Source: Octopus sinensis (Eukaryota). From it: a stretch of DNA of 57,805 nt. Position 1 is the first letter of the stretch. Each line of letters begins with the position of its first letter. The notes under the pieces were generated by a model. That model worked only from the letters and a program-made list of their open reading frames with translations, ran no database searches and was not told the DNA's origin. The DNA lies in the NCBI RefSeq assembly GCF_006345805.1, contig NW_021833583.1, positions 1-57,805 on the forward strand, written 5' to 3'. Position numbers and translations under genes: made by a program. This document shows, one piece after another, positions 38,317-51,434 of this stretch.

Positions 38317-39349
38317 TAGTATTGTTTAAGGGAAAGTGAGAGAGAGTGAGAGAGAGAGGGAAAGAGACGGACAGAGATGAAAAGATGGATAGATAGATAG
38401 ATAGCTGTGTGTGTATATGCATATTACTAGAAACATCATGTATACCCAAGTTTGAAAAACAGAAAATTTCCAAGTTGTGTTGAACTCATTTTTTTTTTTC
38501 TTTTTATCCAAGAACGACTTTTAACAATGAAAATACTTTCCACGGCACTCAGCGGATGCAATCAAACGGATCACTGACCAATGTTTTTTCCATATAATAA
38601 TAATAATAAAAATGGTATAAGAGATCACATATCTCCGTTATGGACATCATGACTGCCATTATTGAGAGTTGCAGGAGATATCACATTCTCAATAATTAAA
38701 TATATCCCTTCACCAAATTTTCCTTTCTGATATATATATATATATAAATATATATATATATGAGCATAAGGCACAAAATCCAAAAGATGTGTCATTGTTT
38801 TTCTTTAACATAAGCTCCCATACTTTAACTGGTCTGGGCACCTGCAAATAAAAATAAAATGATAATTATTATAGCAATAATTTTTAGGATAGGTAAAAGG
38901 CCAAGAATAACAATAACACTGTGTAACTCGACTTTTGTCCTTGGGCAGTAACAGCTATTTCCTATTTGCTTACACCTAGACAGTATGAAAAATGGTTAAT
39001 ATTTCCTTCAAACTTTGCTTTTGTTACATTTATTCAAACCCCAAAGAATCCCTTTCAACATATGGTTGTGATGCTCCCCCACTACTTCTGTTCATGATCA
39101 GAGACACACATATTGTCGGTCACTAAGGGACATGCGCAAGTGTTTAAGGTCAAGCAACTGACAAGCAAAAATGTGGTAATGAACGGTGTATAAATGTAAT
39201 TGAAAATAGGTCAGTTTCAAAACATTGATGTCCAGGTCAAAAAATCAAAATTTGAAGGGGATATCAGTTGTTTCATTTGATTTCTAAATAGAAGCAAATA
39301 GGAAATAACATCTACTAACCAAAGACAAAAAAAAAATCTAAAGTTTATT

Positions 39350-39650
39350 ACACAGATGGCAGTCATAAACCCTTTGGCTACATATCAGGAAACTCCAAAG
39401 TATAAGAACAACAAAAAATTGTTCTGATGGGTACTGCCTATATCCTAAGGAAAACAGAGTCAACCTGAAATTACCTTTTAAATTGTTTTAAAACTCTTTC
39501 AAAGCAAAATATTGCAAGTTTAAAAGAATCTTGGTTCTCAGAATCTGATCTCCTTTCCCTATGATGTATCATTACTGATCATAAGTAACACACAACATGC
39601 TGCTGTTCGAGGTCTCTGACTGAGACATGGGGCAACTCGTGTGGATAATA
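39350..39650 (+). mobile_element. R4/Dong-like LINE extreme 3' fragment
   Basis: ISGN...EQQKIVLMGTAYILRKT C-terminal motif, then UTR ending at TAATAATGATGAT. Confidence 0.65.
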
Positions 39651-39674
39651 ATGATGATGATGATGATGATAATG

Positions 39675-39965
39675 ATATGTTTTGGTATAAAAGATGGGCT
39701 ACAGCAAATATTCTGTTCAATACCACGGACTTGCTTGTCAGTTGTTTGACTTTAACCAGTTGAGCATGTCTCTTAATGGCTGATGATATGTGCATCTCTG
39801 ATCACGAGCAGAAGTAGTGGGGGAGCATCATAGCCATGGGTTAAGAGAAATTCTTTGGGTTTTGGATAATTCACCTCTGGAAAAATGGGCGTTTTGTTCA
39901 ACATCCTTAAACAACCCTTATTCAGGGACTTATTGAGCGGGATGGGCTACTCGAGCTGAAGAAAT
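39675..39965 (+). mobile_element. Repeat family E fragment (another fragment on the minus strand at about 39030-39180)
   Basis: Reverse complement of the 11030-11270 segment. Confidence 0.8.
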
Positions 39966-40370
39966 CAGTTGTGTGTTCAGTGAATTCTAAGAGTTTGAAG
40001 AAATATGAATTTTATTTACTGTATAAGGGTTAATGTGGTCAGCGGTGATTAAATCAGCTAAACGTCACCCAGTTTATAGTATGGGGAGGGCGCATAAGAT
40101 CCACTAGGATTAAAAACAAAGCCTATTAAAGAGGGGATGTGTCTCTCTCATAAAGGAAATCATTCCGGTCGACTATACTTGGAGAGTAAGTTGGTGTCAA
40201 GAGATCATTGGATTATTGAAAGTCAGTATCATAACGTAGTGACACTCGAAACACCCTATACAGATTCATTTGGGTTCATTGACTGACAAGGAAAGGGAGA
40301 AAAAGTTGTGTCCCTTGCCGTGAATCTACTGAACTTAACGTATGCTATGAAATTTTAATGATTACAAGTA

Positions 40371-41331
40371 CAATACCGGACCAATTATCCGTCAATTTTG
40401 GACTGGAAATGTTCCGGATTTCTGGATTTTCCAGTTTCCTGGAGACAATCTCAATATGCATTAAAAATATGAAATAAACAATAAAAAGTAAACAGCGTAA
40501 TTGTATTTAACAGATTCAGATAAATACATTTCTAAAGCAGGGTCTATTTGATATTTATTAATCCATTTAAAATTCTTATAAATCATACTGTACCATGTTT
40601 ATAGGATGAAAATTAAACAAAAAAAAGTGGATCTTTTCGGTTTGAACGGCAGTTTTTTCTAGCGGTGTCATATGAAATTGTCACCCATAATTATGACTCT
40701 AGTATCAATCAATTGCATTTCAATCTATTTTAGGGTTAGGGTTAGGGGTGGGGGGAAGGGTATCTTTTTTTCTTCACAAATGTAAATAAACCCAATCTGT
40801 TTCTTAAACGAGGGACATATTCATATGGCACAGAATGTTGTTTACCTCAATGGACATCAGTGATTGGTTGAAATTGCAGAAATTGAAGAAAAAAACAACA
40901 AATATCTTACAAACTATAGAATTTTCTCAATAAAGCCAAGAGAAAAAGATGTTTTATAAGCACATTCTACCAGTATACGAAGTTTAAAATTTTTTAGTTA
41001 CCTAGAAATTATGTTAAAAACTGCCGTTCAAACTGAAAAGATCCAAAAAAGTAAAGAATATGATTTTATTTAACAGGTACAGGTACAAATTAATACAGTT
41101 AGCTGAGTGTGTTCAATCTTTATCAATCCAGTTATAGTAAAGAACAAAACTGTTTTAAACACACCACATGCAAATTAATCGAATTTTTAAATCAGGGTTT
41201 GTTTACTCAATACAGAATATTGTATATTGCATGGTATTGCACTATGTTACCGGATTTCTGGAAATTCTGGATTTCCGACGAATTTCCGTAAAGTCTGGAT
41301 TTCTGGAAACTGGATAAAAGGTTAGGTACTG
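40371..41331. mobile_element. pogo/Tigger-like MITE (TA TSD) carrying a nested MITE
   Basis: TA|CAATACCGGACCAATTATCC ... GGATAAAAGGTTAGGTACTG|TA. Subterminal CCGGATTTCTGGA repeats at both ends. Confidence 0.7.
40629..41044. mobile_element. MITE with GG..CC termini, 28-bp TIRs and 8-bp TSD (Merlin- or Mutator-like), containing (TTAGGG)3
   Basis: TIRs GGATCTTTTCGGTTTGAACGGCAGTTTT / AAAACTGCCGTTCAAACTGAAAAGATCC (1 mismatch). TSD AAAAAAGT at 40621-40628 and 41045-41052. Confidence 0.9.
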
Positions 41332-41889
41332 TATAATGAATGATTTCTAATTTATGTACGAAGTAAGACATCAGCAGGGAAGGAAAACTGATTGTATTGA
41401 CCCTGGTACTTGACTGACAATTACTTTATCGACCCTGAAAAGATGAAAGGCAAAGTCGACCTCAGTGGAATTTGAACTCAAAGCGTAGAGGGGACAGCAA
41501 GTATGTCATGATCGGTGGGATTATTTGATAAATGTCACTATGTCACTTTTAGAATAAATTAGCAAGATATAATTTATTTTCTTTTTCTTTGGTATAACCT
41601 TTTACATACATACATACCATGTGTGTGTGTGTGATATGGTATAGAGTTGCTGTTGTTTAGCAACGAAGTCAGCCCCGATCAAACAGACCTATTTATTATC
41701 AGAGGCATGTAACCATTCTGTCTTTTGTTGGCAGACAGTGTTGTTATCAACAACTGAATAATCAAATGTGTACTTCCTCTTCTGAGGGTGTGATTCGATT
41801 CTTTTTTTTTTGGTAGTTGGGGAGGGCTGAGTCCCTGTGTTGGGTTCACGATAGCAAGTTTCTGGCTCCCATTCCTGAACACTTGCCGT

Positions 41890-42338
41890 TGTGATGCTCA
41901 ACATACCGTAGAGTGCTCTGGGGGAGATTTTCACAAGAAGACATCAACCCTTTTCTTCTTCAAATGAGTGTCAACTGTCGAGGAACCCACTTTGCACATA
42001 ATTTCCTATATCCAAAATCTTCGAACTTCTGTAATGCACTGTGACCACAATCCAGTGATGTAGAAAGCTTAGGTTTTATGATTCATGTGTTCGCACAAAT
42101 AAATTCGCCCACTCACTGGTGATTCCAGTCAGTGGTTGCAAATAATGGTTTCCCACTGCGTAGCTTGGCTTAATGCCGGCCGGTTTCTCCTTTAAATCTC
42201 TTCATCCATCTGTACACACTGCTCGTCAATGGTGTTATTTCTGCAAACAACTTGTAATCTTCTGTGGCTGTCGGACAGCTTACCTCTCCTTTCGTCAAGA
42301 ACTCAATGACGGCATGTTGCTTCTACGTAAAACCCATT
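41890..42338 (-). pseudogene. mariner transposase N-terminal fragment (irritans-like)
   Basis: Minus strand KQHAVIEFLTK, HRRLQVV, SVYRWMKRFK, LRSGKP, FGYRKLCAKWVPRQLT, with stops and frameshifts. Confidence 0.82.
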
Positions 42339-42402
42339 CTTTGTTTTCAATGAAGAACAAGTAGAGTCACTCTACCAATATGCGCAATTTGAACAACCTA
42401 TA

Positions 42403-42809
42403 TCTACTATAATAATATTGTGTTTTTCTCTGTCACAACATATGAATGAGAAAGGAAGGGGTAATAGATGAATAATGAAGGAAGGGGTGATGGCAAATTG
42501 GTAGTGGGTGCGTTTCAACTCTGTGTGAGTTTATGTATGAAAAAGGGAGGTGTGTGTGAGGAATGGAAGTGGGCTGGTGAACATTCGACGCTGAAAAATC
42601 AAACAGCATTTCAACTCCGTGTGAGTATATGTGTGCATGTACCAGGGAAGTATGTGAATGTTTGTACGTGTGAAACAGCGTTCTTTCAGTAACAAACGAT
42701 CATCGATGTCACATCTCAAAAGACAACCACTAGATAACATTAACAAGAGTATTAATTTGATTTACCATCCATAATTAGCTGTCATTTTTGACGGCATGGG
42801 TTCAGCTAG
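42403..42809 (+). mobile_element. Non-autonomous Helitron
   Basis: A|TCTACTATAATAAT 5' end. 3' hairpin CTGTCA-TTTT-TGACGG about 11 nt before CTAG|T. No TSD. Confidence 0.7.
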
Positions 42810-42902
42810 TCCATTAATGGAAAAAAAAAACGTTAAGCCCACTTATGCATTACTTTTGGGACAACACTTGTACATACAGGCAAACTTTATCCAACTAGAA
42901 AT

Positions 42903-43501
42903 AACTACTTAGATTATTCTTTCAAATGTAATGCTTATTTATATACATTTCAAAAAAAAAATTAAACATGCATTATCTTGTAGCTTCAAAATTTCAATGA
43001 TGTGATTATTTACTTTTAAAATTTAAGTATGCTGTGCGTGAGAAGACCCGGTAGGACAAGTAAGACCATAACCCATGGCCTCTACTTGGGATGTAGCCAG
43101 TCCACTTATGCATACCTTTCCTTCTTGGGACACAAAACTCTGCTTGCGAAGACCTGTTGAGGCAAGTGAAATCGAAATCGATCAAAAATCGATGGAAATT
43201 GTAGTTGTGATACCAGTGCTGGTGGCACGTAAAAGAACCATCTGAACGTGGCCGTTGCTAGTGTCACCTTGACTGATCTCTGTGCCGGTGACACATAAAA
43301 AGCACCAACCGATGGCAGCTGTTGCCAGCCTCTACCCTCATGTAAAAAGCACCCACTACCCTCATGGAGTGGTTGGCGTTAGGAAGAGCATCCAGCTGTA
43401 GAAACACTGCCAGATCAGACTGGGTCTGGTGCAGCCTCCTGGCTTCCCAGACCCCAGTTAAACTGTCCAACCCATGCTAGCATGGAAAGCGGACGTTAAA
43501 C

Positions 43502-43537
<36 letters not shown>

Positions 43538-43645
43538 AATTACATCTCAGGGTTGGTGTGAGATGCCAAATCTGGTCTCTTTGAGCATAAAACAGGTAGA
43601 ATATTTTGGCCTGATGTGGCCGGATTAAAAGCTAAAGGATTTAAG
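42903..43645. mobile_element. Old piggyBac-like MITE interrupted by a family D insertion (partial second copy at 48697-48870, opposite orientation)
   Basis: Segments 42903-43020 and 43536-43645 join into the reverse complement of 48697-48870. End resembles GCTAAAGGGTTAA. Confidence 0.55.
43028..43535 (+). mobile_element. RTE-type LINE 3' end (last codons YAVREKTR* plus 3' UTR, (GAT)n tail)
   Basis: TATGCTGTGCGTGAGAAGACCCGGTAG followed by the family D UTR. This is the unamplified reference for 25684-27023. Confidence 0.8.
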
Positions 43646-43821
43646 AAACAGCCTTTGCGTGACTCGCTCGGGTTGCTAAAGATAGCAACAAAATCTCTTT
43701 AACCAAATCACACCCCTATCATGTGATACAAGGAGGATGACATACATTAGATGCATATCATTAATAGCAATCAGTTACCGGAGCAGACATTAGGAACTTG
43801 GAGCGTAGTTAGCACACATAT

Positions 43822-44052
43822 GCAACATATACACACCGCCAGCTCAAAAGAGGTCGGCTCTAGAGACGAACCAACGAGAAGTATGAGAAGAAGAAGAAGA
43901 AGAAGAAGAAGTAGAAGTAGAAGAAGAAGAAAGAAGAAGAAGGTGAAGAAGACGAAGAAAGAAGAAGAAGAAGAAGAAGTAGAAGACGAAGAAAGAAGAA
44001 GAAGAAGAAGAAGAAGAAGAAGAAGAAGAAGAAGATGATGATGATGATGATG
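43822..44052. repeat. (GAA)n-rich polypurine tract (about 43885-44035) with (GAT)n end
   Basis: Seen directly. It explains the poly-R/E/K and poly-F ORFs. Confidence 0.9.
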
Positions 44053-44099
44053 AAATAAGAAGAAAGTATAGTGAAGGGCCGATGGCTGGTGGTGGATTT

Positions 44100-44630
44100 A
44101 TTATTAATTGGCATGTTGTGAAAGTAGCAGTGCAGCCTTCCTCAGCTCACGTCATGAAAAGTTAGAAGTTAGTAGAAATAAAATAAAATAAAATAAATAC
44201 GCCACCCAGTCGGACTATACACGGACTGCACCCGAAGCTACTGAACAACAATTGCAGCACACACACACACACACACACGCCCGCGCTATCACACCGATCT
44301 CTTTTCCTTTCCCTATCAACCTCTAACACACATACAATCACCACACACGCACACGCATGCACACACAAACACACACATACACACACACTGGCCTACTGGC
44401 ATTGCCAGCCAGTGAGATCGCTGCACTATTTAAAGCAGCATTACTATACCAAAAACCAATAGCAGACAGCTGCGTGTGCAATTACAGCAGCAACAACAAC
44501 AACTACAACAACCAGTAGCAGCAGTGGTAACTAACATCAGCTTTTTTTTAATGATGCTGGTGGCATTCGTGGCGTTGGTGGAGATGGTGGTGGTGATGGT
44601 GGTATTGGCTATAAAATGACGTTAGATCAG
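44100..44630. promoter_or_regulatory. Promoter/first-exon-like unique block
   Basis: TATTTAAA (44427-44434), CCAAT (44456-44460) and ATTGG, two TGACGT half-CRE sites, CpG retention, and short CA/CAA/GGT repeats. Orientation is unresolved. Confidence 0.3.
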
Positions 44631-44742
44631 AGGAGAAACTTTACCCGTTCGTAGACTGTTTACATCCAGGCTGTCCCAGCTTAAATCATGCACCTATATT
44701 ATTCAATAATGAATTTATATACATACATACATACATATATAT

Positions 44743-45100
44743 ATCATCATCATCGTTTAATGTCCGTTTTCCATGCTAGCATGGGTTTGACGGTTCGACC
44801 GGGGTCTGGGAAGCCAGGAGGCTGCACCAAGCTCCAGTCTGATCTGGCAGTGTTTCTACAGCTGGATGCCCTTCCTAACGCCAACCACTCCATATGAGTG
44901 TAGTGGGTGCTTTTTACATGCCACCGGCACAGGTGCCAGGGGAGACTGGCAGCAGCCACGATCGGTTGGTGCTCTTTACGTGCCACCGGCACAGAAGCGA
45001 GTTAAGGTGGTGCTGGCATCGGCCACGTTCGGATGGTGCTTTTTTACGTGCCACTGGCACAGGTATCACAACTACAATTTCCATTGATATTTATTTTGAT
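44743..45100 (-). mobile_element. Family D (RTE 3' UTR)
   Basis: Reverse complement of the 18565-18940 type. Confidence 0.85.
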
Positions 45101-45103
45101 ATA

Positions 45104-45143
<40 letters not shown>

Positions 45144-46254
45144 TATATGGGTACAGGACGTGACCAACAGTAAACAACATGAAATACGGAAACAAATGAG
45201 TCCAACACATGAACGAGAGAAACAAATAGAAAAAAGGACAAGTAACATAAAGAATGACTCTTCATCAGTTGTCGGCTGTCTATCTACTCCTCATTTCGAA
45301 CATTGAATGACAATATGAGTCTTTGAGGAAAGTTGCTCCCATAGGTACCAAAATAAAATTTGGGATTTATGGAGAGTGAAATTTGGGAAGAAAAACAGAA
45401 CACTGGAGACATACAAGGAAACCAAACGAAAATAAACATGGAGAGTTGTTAGACCAGAATGAGAGTAAAATAGCGAATGCTAGAGAACTATTTTCTTTCA
45501 AAAGAGAAAAATAGAAGAGAGAGGTAGAATACGTCCAGTCCTTAGGAGAGTCCTGAAGGAAAAGAAAGATGATCATGAGAGGAAAAGAAAGATGGATGAT
45601 GGTCACGTGTGAGCAATGAGAGAGAGAAAAAGAGATAGAGATAGAAAACGGTGACGGGGAGAAAACAGTATAGAGTCGCTTCAAAAAGATTAAGATAAAC
45701 TTACTTGAAAATAGATGCGTGGCGTTCAATCAAATAATGATATAAATAATATATATATATATCATCATCATCATCATTAAGACGATGAAGCGTATGATGC
45801 AACTGTCACTTACTTACTATGTTTAATATATCCTGTGTTGAGAAAGGAAAGTCTGTCAAAATACACAGAAAGATATCAATAGGATTTGTTGTTGTTGTCG
45901 CTGTTATTGCTGTTGTTTGTGTTATTGCTGTTGTTGTTGTTTACTCTCATTACAGCCCTAGTCAAATAAAAACTATGATTACAGACATTCCAGTTATAGC
46001 CACTGTGTCCCTTCTTTTTTTTTTAAATTTCTAGCATACAGAATGTTTTCCAGATTGCATTATCTAATACGACACTTCTAAAGTGACTGAGTATTGATTG
46101 AGAGAAATCTGGCTTCTTTCTTTTGCGGTGGTGGTGGTGGTTCCAGCAGATCGTTGAGACAATGTACATACACACACATATATAATGTACATACACCCGC
46201 ATGTATATATGAAGAATAAAACTGTATGCATACATATATACATGAGTGTGTGTG

Positions 46255-46805
46255 TATGAGGTGCATTGAAAAAGTATCTGACTTTATTATTTCCTTCCAA
46301 AACTAAGGTGATGTGGCCAAAATCCTTAGGGTAGGAAGTGACGCCAGGGTTCCTGCACATGCATGAAAATTTTTGCGCTGATAGGCTGCATCAGTTGCCT
46401 GCCTGGAATATAGACGTGTAGCATGCCCTCGATGGATTTTCGTTTTCATGCAAGATAACCGAACGCATTAAGTAGAGATACTGCATCAAATTTCCCCAAA
46501 AAGCTTGGTGATGCTTAGGTTCAAACCATCCAAAAGATTCATCAGGCCTTTGGCAATGATGCTATGGATAAAACTCAGATCAAAGAGTGGTACAACTGCC
46601 CCACATGGCTGCTCCTGAGTAGAGAGCAAGGTACGCTCGGGCAGGCAATCCACAAGCCGACATGAGAAACTGATTGAGAAAGTTCAACAATTAGTTATGG
46701 AAGATCATCATGTAACAATCCAGAAATTTGCTCACAAAGTGGGAATAAGCGCAAAGTTAGTACATTCCTTTCTAATGGAGTATTTGTGCATGGGGAGAAT
46801 ATCAT
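46255..46805 (+). pseudogene. mariner (irritans-like) 5' fragment with left TIR and transposase N-terminus
   Basis: TATGAGGTGCATTGAAAAAGTATC end. Remnants TERI..RYCIKF.QKLGD, TIQKIHQAFGNDAM.KTQIKEWYN, RSGR.STS, LIEKVQQLVMED, VGIS. Confidence 0.85.
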
Positions 46806-46811
46806 CTACTG

Positions 46812-47500
46812 ATGGGACATGACGTTGTAGCCAAGACACTGTATAATGAGATCCATAGGAAGGATAATCCTGACGCCAAAGAAAAAGGTACTCACAATAT
46901 GGTAGAGGCCATAGACACTCATAATATGAAAGAGTACTGGTGGAATGTCCATGTGAAAACTTCAATAAAATGTAAGCATAACAGACCAGACATAGTGATA
47001 TGGGACAGAGAAGAGAGACTACATATAGCAGTGGAAATCAGCTGCCTAGCAGATCATCATCCTCCTCCTCCTCATCATCATCGTTTAACGTCTGCTTTCC
47101 ATGCTAGCATGTGTTGGACGATTTGACTGAGGACTGGTGATCTAGATGGCTGCACCAGACTCCAATCTGATCTGGCAGAGTTTCTACAGCTGGATGCTCT
47201 TCCTAATGCCAACCACTCCAAGAGTGTAGTGGGTGCTTTTACGTGCCATGCTGAATTACTGAGAAATCTACAGGTACTCTACCTGGATTACAAGTAGCTG
47301 TAATTATTGAGGCACTGGGATATGTAACACACTGCCCACACTATCTTGAGAAATTAAACTTCGCAAGACCAGAAAGGAGAAAGCTAATTTGAAGATTACA
47401 GATTTAAGCCATCACTGGAACTGATATTAAAAAAAAAATTTCCAGAAGTTTATCAGTTAAGTATATATGCGCACGTCTAGACATGCAGGTATATGCATGA

Positions 47501-47541
<41 letters not shown>

Positions 47542-48240
47542 ACAAAATATACATGCACTGACTTCAAATACTGTTCATATACACACACACGTGCACAAAT
47601 ACCCTGCTGATGAAATTCCAAAGAAGGGACTTTGGCCCTAGGTTAGAAACCGGCTCTTTCATGATTGACAAGAAGTCTTGAAATAACATACTATCTACCT
47701 ACTTACATGCCTGTCTGCCTGCCTGCATACATGCATGCATACACACACACACATGCATACATATGTGCACAGTTGTGGAAATTAGCTGCCCAGCGGATGT
47801 TAACATAAAGCTGAAGATCAGTGAAAAAGAGAACACCTATGCTGAACTATTGAGAAATCTGCAGTTACTCTATCTAGATTATAAGTTCAGGTTTATACCT
47901 GTAATTATTGGGACCCTGGGACATGTAACACACTGCCTAAATACCAGTCTTGAGAAATTAGGCTACTCAAAACCAGAAAGGAACTGTAAAAATCTGTAAA
48001 ACTTTCCAGAAGTTTATCATTTAAATATATATGAGCATGTCTAGATATGGAACTATGCACATAAGTATACATACATAAAACATACAAATCTGCACATACA
48101 TGCATACATACATACAAACAAACAAACAAAAATACCCTGTTGTTGATGTTGAAATTCCAATGAATGAGGCTTGGATTTAGGTTAAAAACCAGTTCTTTCT
48201 CTATTGGCAAGAAATCTTGAAATAAACTGAATAATGACTG
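46812..48240 (+). mobile_element. Two tandem 3' fragments of a second R4/Dong-like LINE (RLE domain + 3' UTR); family D insert at 47073-47248
   Basis: HDVVAKTLY, YWWNV..KTSIKCKHNRPDIVIWD, VEISCPADVNI..KISEKENTYAEL, IPVIIGTLG (PD-(D/E)xK RLE). Both UTRs end in CATA-type repeats. Confidence 0.9.
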
Positions 48241-49208
48241 ACTGACTGACTGACATACATACATACATACTACATACATACATATTTGAGCCAAAAGTCA
48301 CAAGGTATAAAGATGTAGTTGGTGCAACAGCCGAAGCCACCAGATTATACTGACAGCTTGCAATTAATACGGATTTGAATAGGTTATTGATTTAACACGG
48401 TTTGAGTCTAGCCTCGATTAGAAAACGTTAATATTTTCAAACACTGCATAACGTATTCTTCTGCTGTGTTTCTCTAGTTTCTTCAAACAAAAGGGGCGAG
48501 GTACATGGTTATGTTTTGATAAATGGGGTGTCACTGCAGGCTTTATGTTTCTGGGTTGTGACCGTGTTGCACCACTCCGCCAAAAATACAATACGTAATC
48601 TAACCTCAGTAACTATGGTGGGCAGAAAGACTAATGACATATGTACGCAAAACACTTTTAATGGAGGGGATAAACATACTAAAAGTGACACTAGGCTAAC
48701 CTCTTATCATTTAAACTGGTTATATCCAACCCAAATATTCTGCCTGGTTTAGGTTCAAACTGGCCAGATTCAACCTTTCATACCAATAATACAATGTTTA
48801 TTCTAAAATAAACCATCATGTCATTGAAATCTTGAAGCTAAAAGATAATGCATGATTACTTCAAAACAATCTTTCTACTAAAGGCACAAGGTCTGAGTTT
48901 TGGGGAAGGGGACTAGTCAATTACATTGACCCCAGTATTTCACTGGTACCTAATTTATCGACCTAGGCGGAATTTGAATTCAGAAAGTAAAAACGGGCGA
49001 AATGCCGCAAAGCATTTTTCCGGTTTCCTAACAATTCTGCCAATCTATTTATATGTATGTTTGTGTCTATCTATCAACACACACTCACATTCATATATAC
49101 ACATATATATATTATAAAAATATATATAAGGATATTATTGTTTACAATAATATCAAGTGGTATAGCATGCATTAAAAAAATACCACAAGGTAAAAAAATG
49201 ATCAATTA

Positions 49209-49418
49209 ATAATTAAGGGTGCTACAAATAGCACCAGCATGCTAAAAATAGCAACCAGAAGACAACTACAACCACAGATTTTCACTGATACAGACTAATT
49301 GAAATTGGGGAAATGAGCAGAAATTCTAAGCCCCCGTATCAATAACGAAATGTGTATTAGTGAAAATTTGTGGTTGTAGTCATCTTCTAATTACTATATT
49401 CATAGCACCCTTAATTAT
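49209..49418. repeat. Fold-back element of about 210 bp
   Basis: Arm pairs ATAATTAAGGGTGCTA/TAGCACCCTTAATTAT and AGAAGACAACTACAACCACAGATTTTCACTGATACA/TGTATTAGTGAAAATTTGTGGTTGTAGTCATCTTCT. Confidence 0.9.
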
Positions 49419-49419
49419 A

Positions 49420-49981
49420 TATATATATATATAGCTGAAGTTGTCTGTGTGTGTGTGGCAGGTTTGGTAGCCTTCAACTAACACTATCTCCTCCGAGACC
49501 CTGCGGCACTAGTTCACCAAAATTGAGAGTATGATAGAAAAAGGCTTGCTCTTCATTCCGTAGAAGAAAAAATTCAAATCGAACCATGTTAAAACCAAAA
49601 ATTATTTACATCAAAAAGGTGCTTTTCTATGAAAATCCCTATTTTTTACGATTTTTTTGACTGCTGTGTCGCCATTTTTCAATGTATTTCAACCAGAAAA
49701 ATGTTCACTGAAAGAGAATAACAAGCTACATAATGCAAAATTTACTTTTCAAAAATTCCAATTCTAAAGGGTCAAAAAGAATTTTTAGTGATGTCATTTG
49801 TTTTGAGCGAATGACGGATCAGCTGATCCAATGCATATTCAGAGCAAACTTGAGCATCACCACACTATACTTTTATTCATAGATTGAAACTATGTCAAAA
49901 CTTTGTTAACGCAGCATCAAAGTCTGCCGTTTTAAGCGCAACTAAAAAACAAACCTGAGCAACGCCGGGCTATACTGCTAG
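49420..49981 (+). mobile_element. Non-autonomous Helitron
   Basis: 3' hairpin CCTGAGCAACGCCGGG followed by CTATACTG-CTAG|T. The 5' end (TATATAGCTGAAGTTGTCTGTGTG) merges into (TA)n. Confidence 0.78.
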
Positions 49982-50046
49982 TATATATATATCAACCCAT
50001 GCTAGCATGGAAAGCAGACGTTAAACGATGATGATGATGATGATGA

Positions 50047-50091
<45 letters not shown>

Positions 50092-50523
50092 TGCTGCAAT
50101 TGGTTCAAAGCCTACAATACTTGTTTGAATTTTGTTTAATATTCAATATTTCCACACGCACACATTCATTTTCATTTTTCACAGTGGTGCTTATGCTAAA
50201 TTAGGTAGCACTGGTGATATTCCAGATCTAGGTTCAAACATTGACAAACATTGTACATAAATTCAAAAATAATGCTGACAGACATACAACAAATAACAGA
50301 AAGGACAAAATACAGACAAGGATATATCATTATCATCATCATTATATCATCATCGTTTAATGTCTGCCTTGCATGCTGGCATGGGTTGGACAGTTTGACG
50401 GGACAGAGAGAAAGAGAGATTGACTGGTTGATAGACAGACAGATAGGTGGAAGACAAATAAATAGCCAAAGAGACTTGAAAACAGACGCACTTATTTGCA
50501 GAATAATATATATACATGCATAA

Positions 50524-50755
50524 AAGGTGGTGAGCTGGCAGAATCGTTAGCACGCCAGGAGAAATACGTAGCCGTATTTCGTCTGTCATTACGTTCCGAG
50601 TTCAAAGTCTGCCGAGGTCGACTTTGCCTTTCATCCTTTCAGAGTCGATAAATTAAGTACCAGTTATGCACTGGGGTCAATGTAATCGACTTAATCCCTT
50701 TGTCTGTCCTTGTTTGTCCCCTCTGTGTTTAGCCCCTTGTGGGTAGTAAAGAAAA
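50524..50755 (+). mobile_element. SINE B, full length, flanked by a probable TSD ATATATATACATGCATA
   Basis: Homologous to 5110-5335. Flanks at about 50506-50522 and 50759-50775 repeat, although they are low complexity. Confidence 0.88.
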
Positions 50756-51388
50756 AATATATATATACATGCATAGATTTCTATATTTGCCTTTTAATTT
50801 CCAACTAAGAATAAAAGTATACAAATAAATAAATAAAGTCACTTCTTACTAGCTACTATTAGTGAAAAAAAATTCTTTAATGTTTAAATTGAAATTGTAT
50901 GAAATCAATGAATTAATGAATTAAGTTCCCCCTGCTGAAATGAAAAACAAAAAAAAAGAGAAAGAATAAGAGAAAGAAGAGAAAGGAAGGAAGGAAGGAA
51001 AGAGGAAAGGAAGGAAGGAAAGAAAGAAAGAAAGAATGAAGGAATACATTAAAAAAAATTTTCCACCAAGATGCCTCTCTGAGAGATTTTGGTTTCGCGG
51101 AGTCTCATGGAGGGAATGTTAAAAATAAAAATATAAATATAAATATAAAAATAAAGAAAACTAAAATAAACAAATAAAATACAACAAAAAAAATAATGAA
51201 AATAAAAAGAAATACAAGCTAAAGATAAATTGCTCAGAACTTTCCCACCATCCTCTGAAAATGTTTCTCTATTTCTTGCCAAAGATCTTTCTTTCAGGGT
51301 TGTTGTTTGTTTTTATTTTTACTTCTTTAAATGCGTGTTTGCTTTTCTTTTTCTTCATTTCTTTTTCATTTTATTTTCTCTCACTATA

Positions 51389-51434
<46 letters not shown>

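Noticed and set aside
40730-40748. Telomere or chromosome-fusion relic
   Set aside because: Only three TTAGGG units, and they lie inside a TIR/TSD-bounded MITE.
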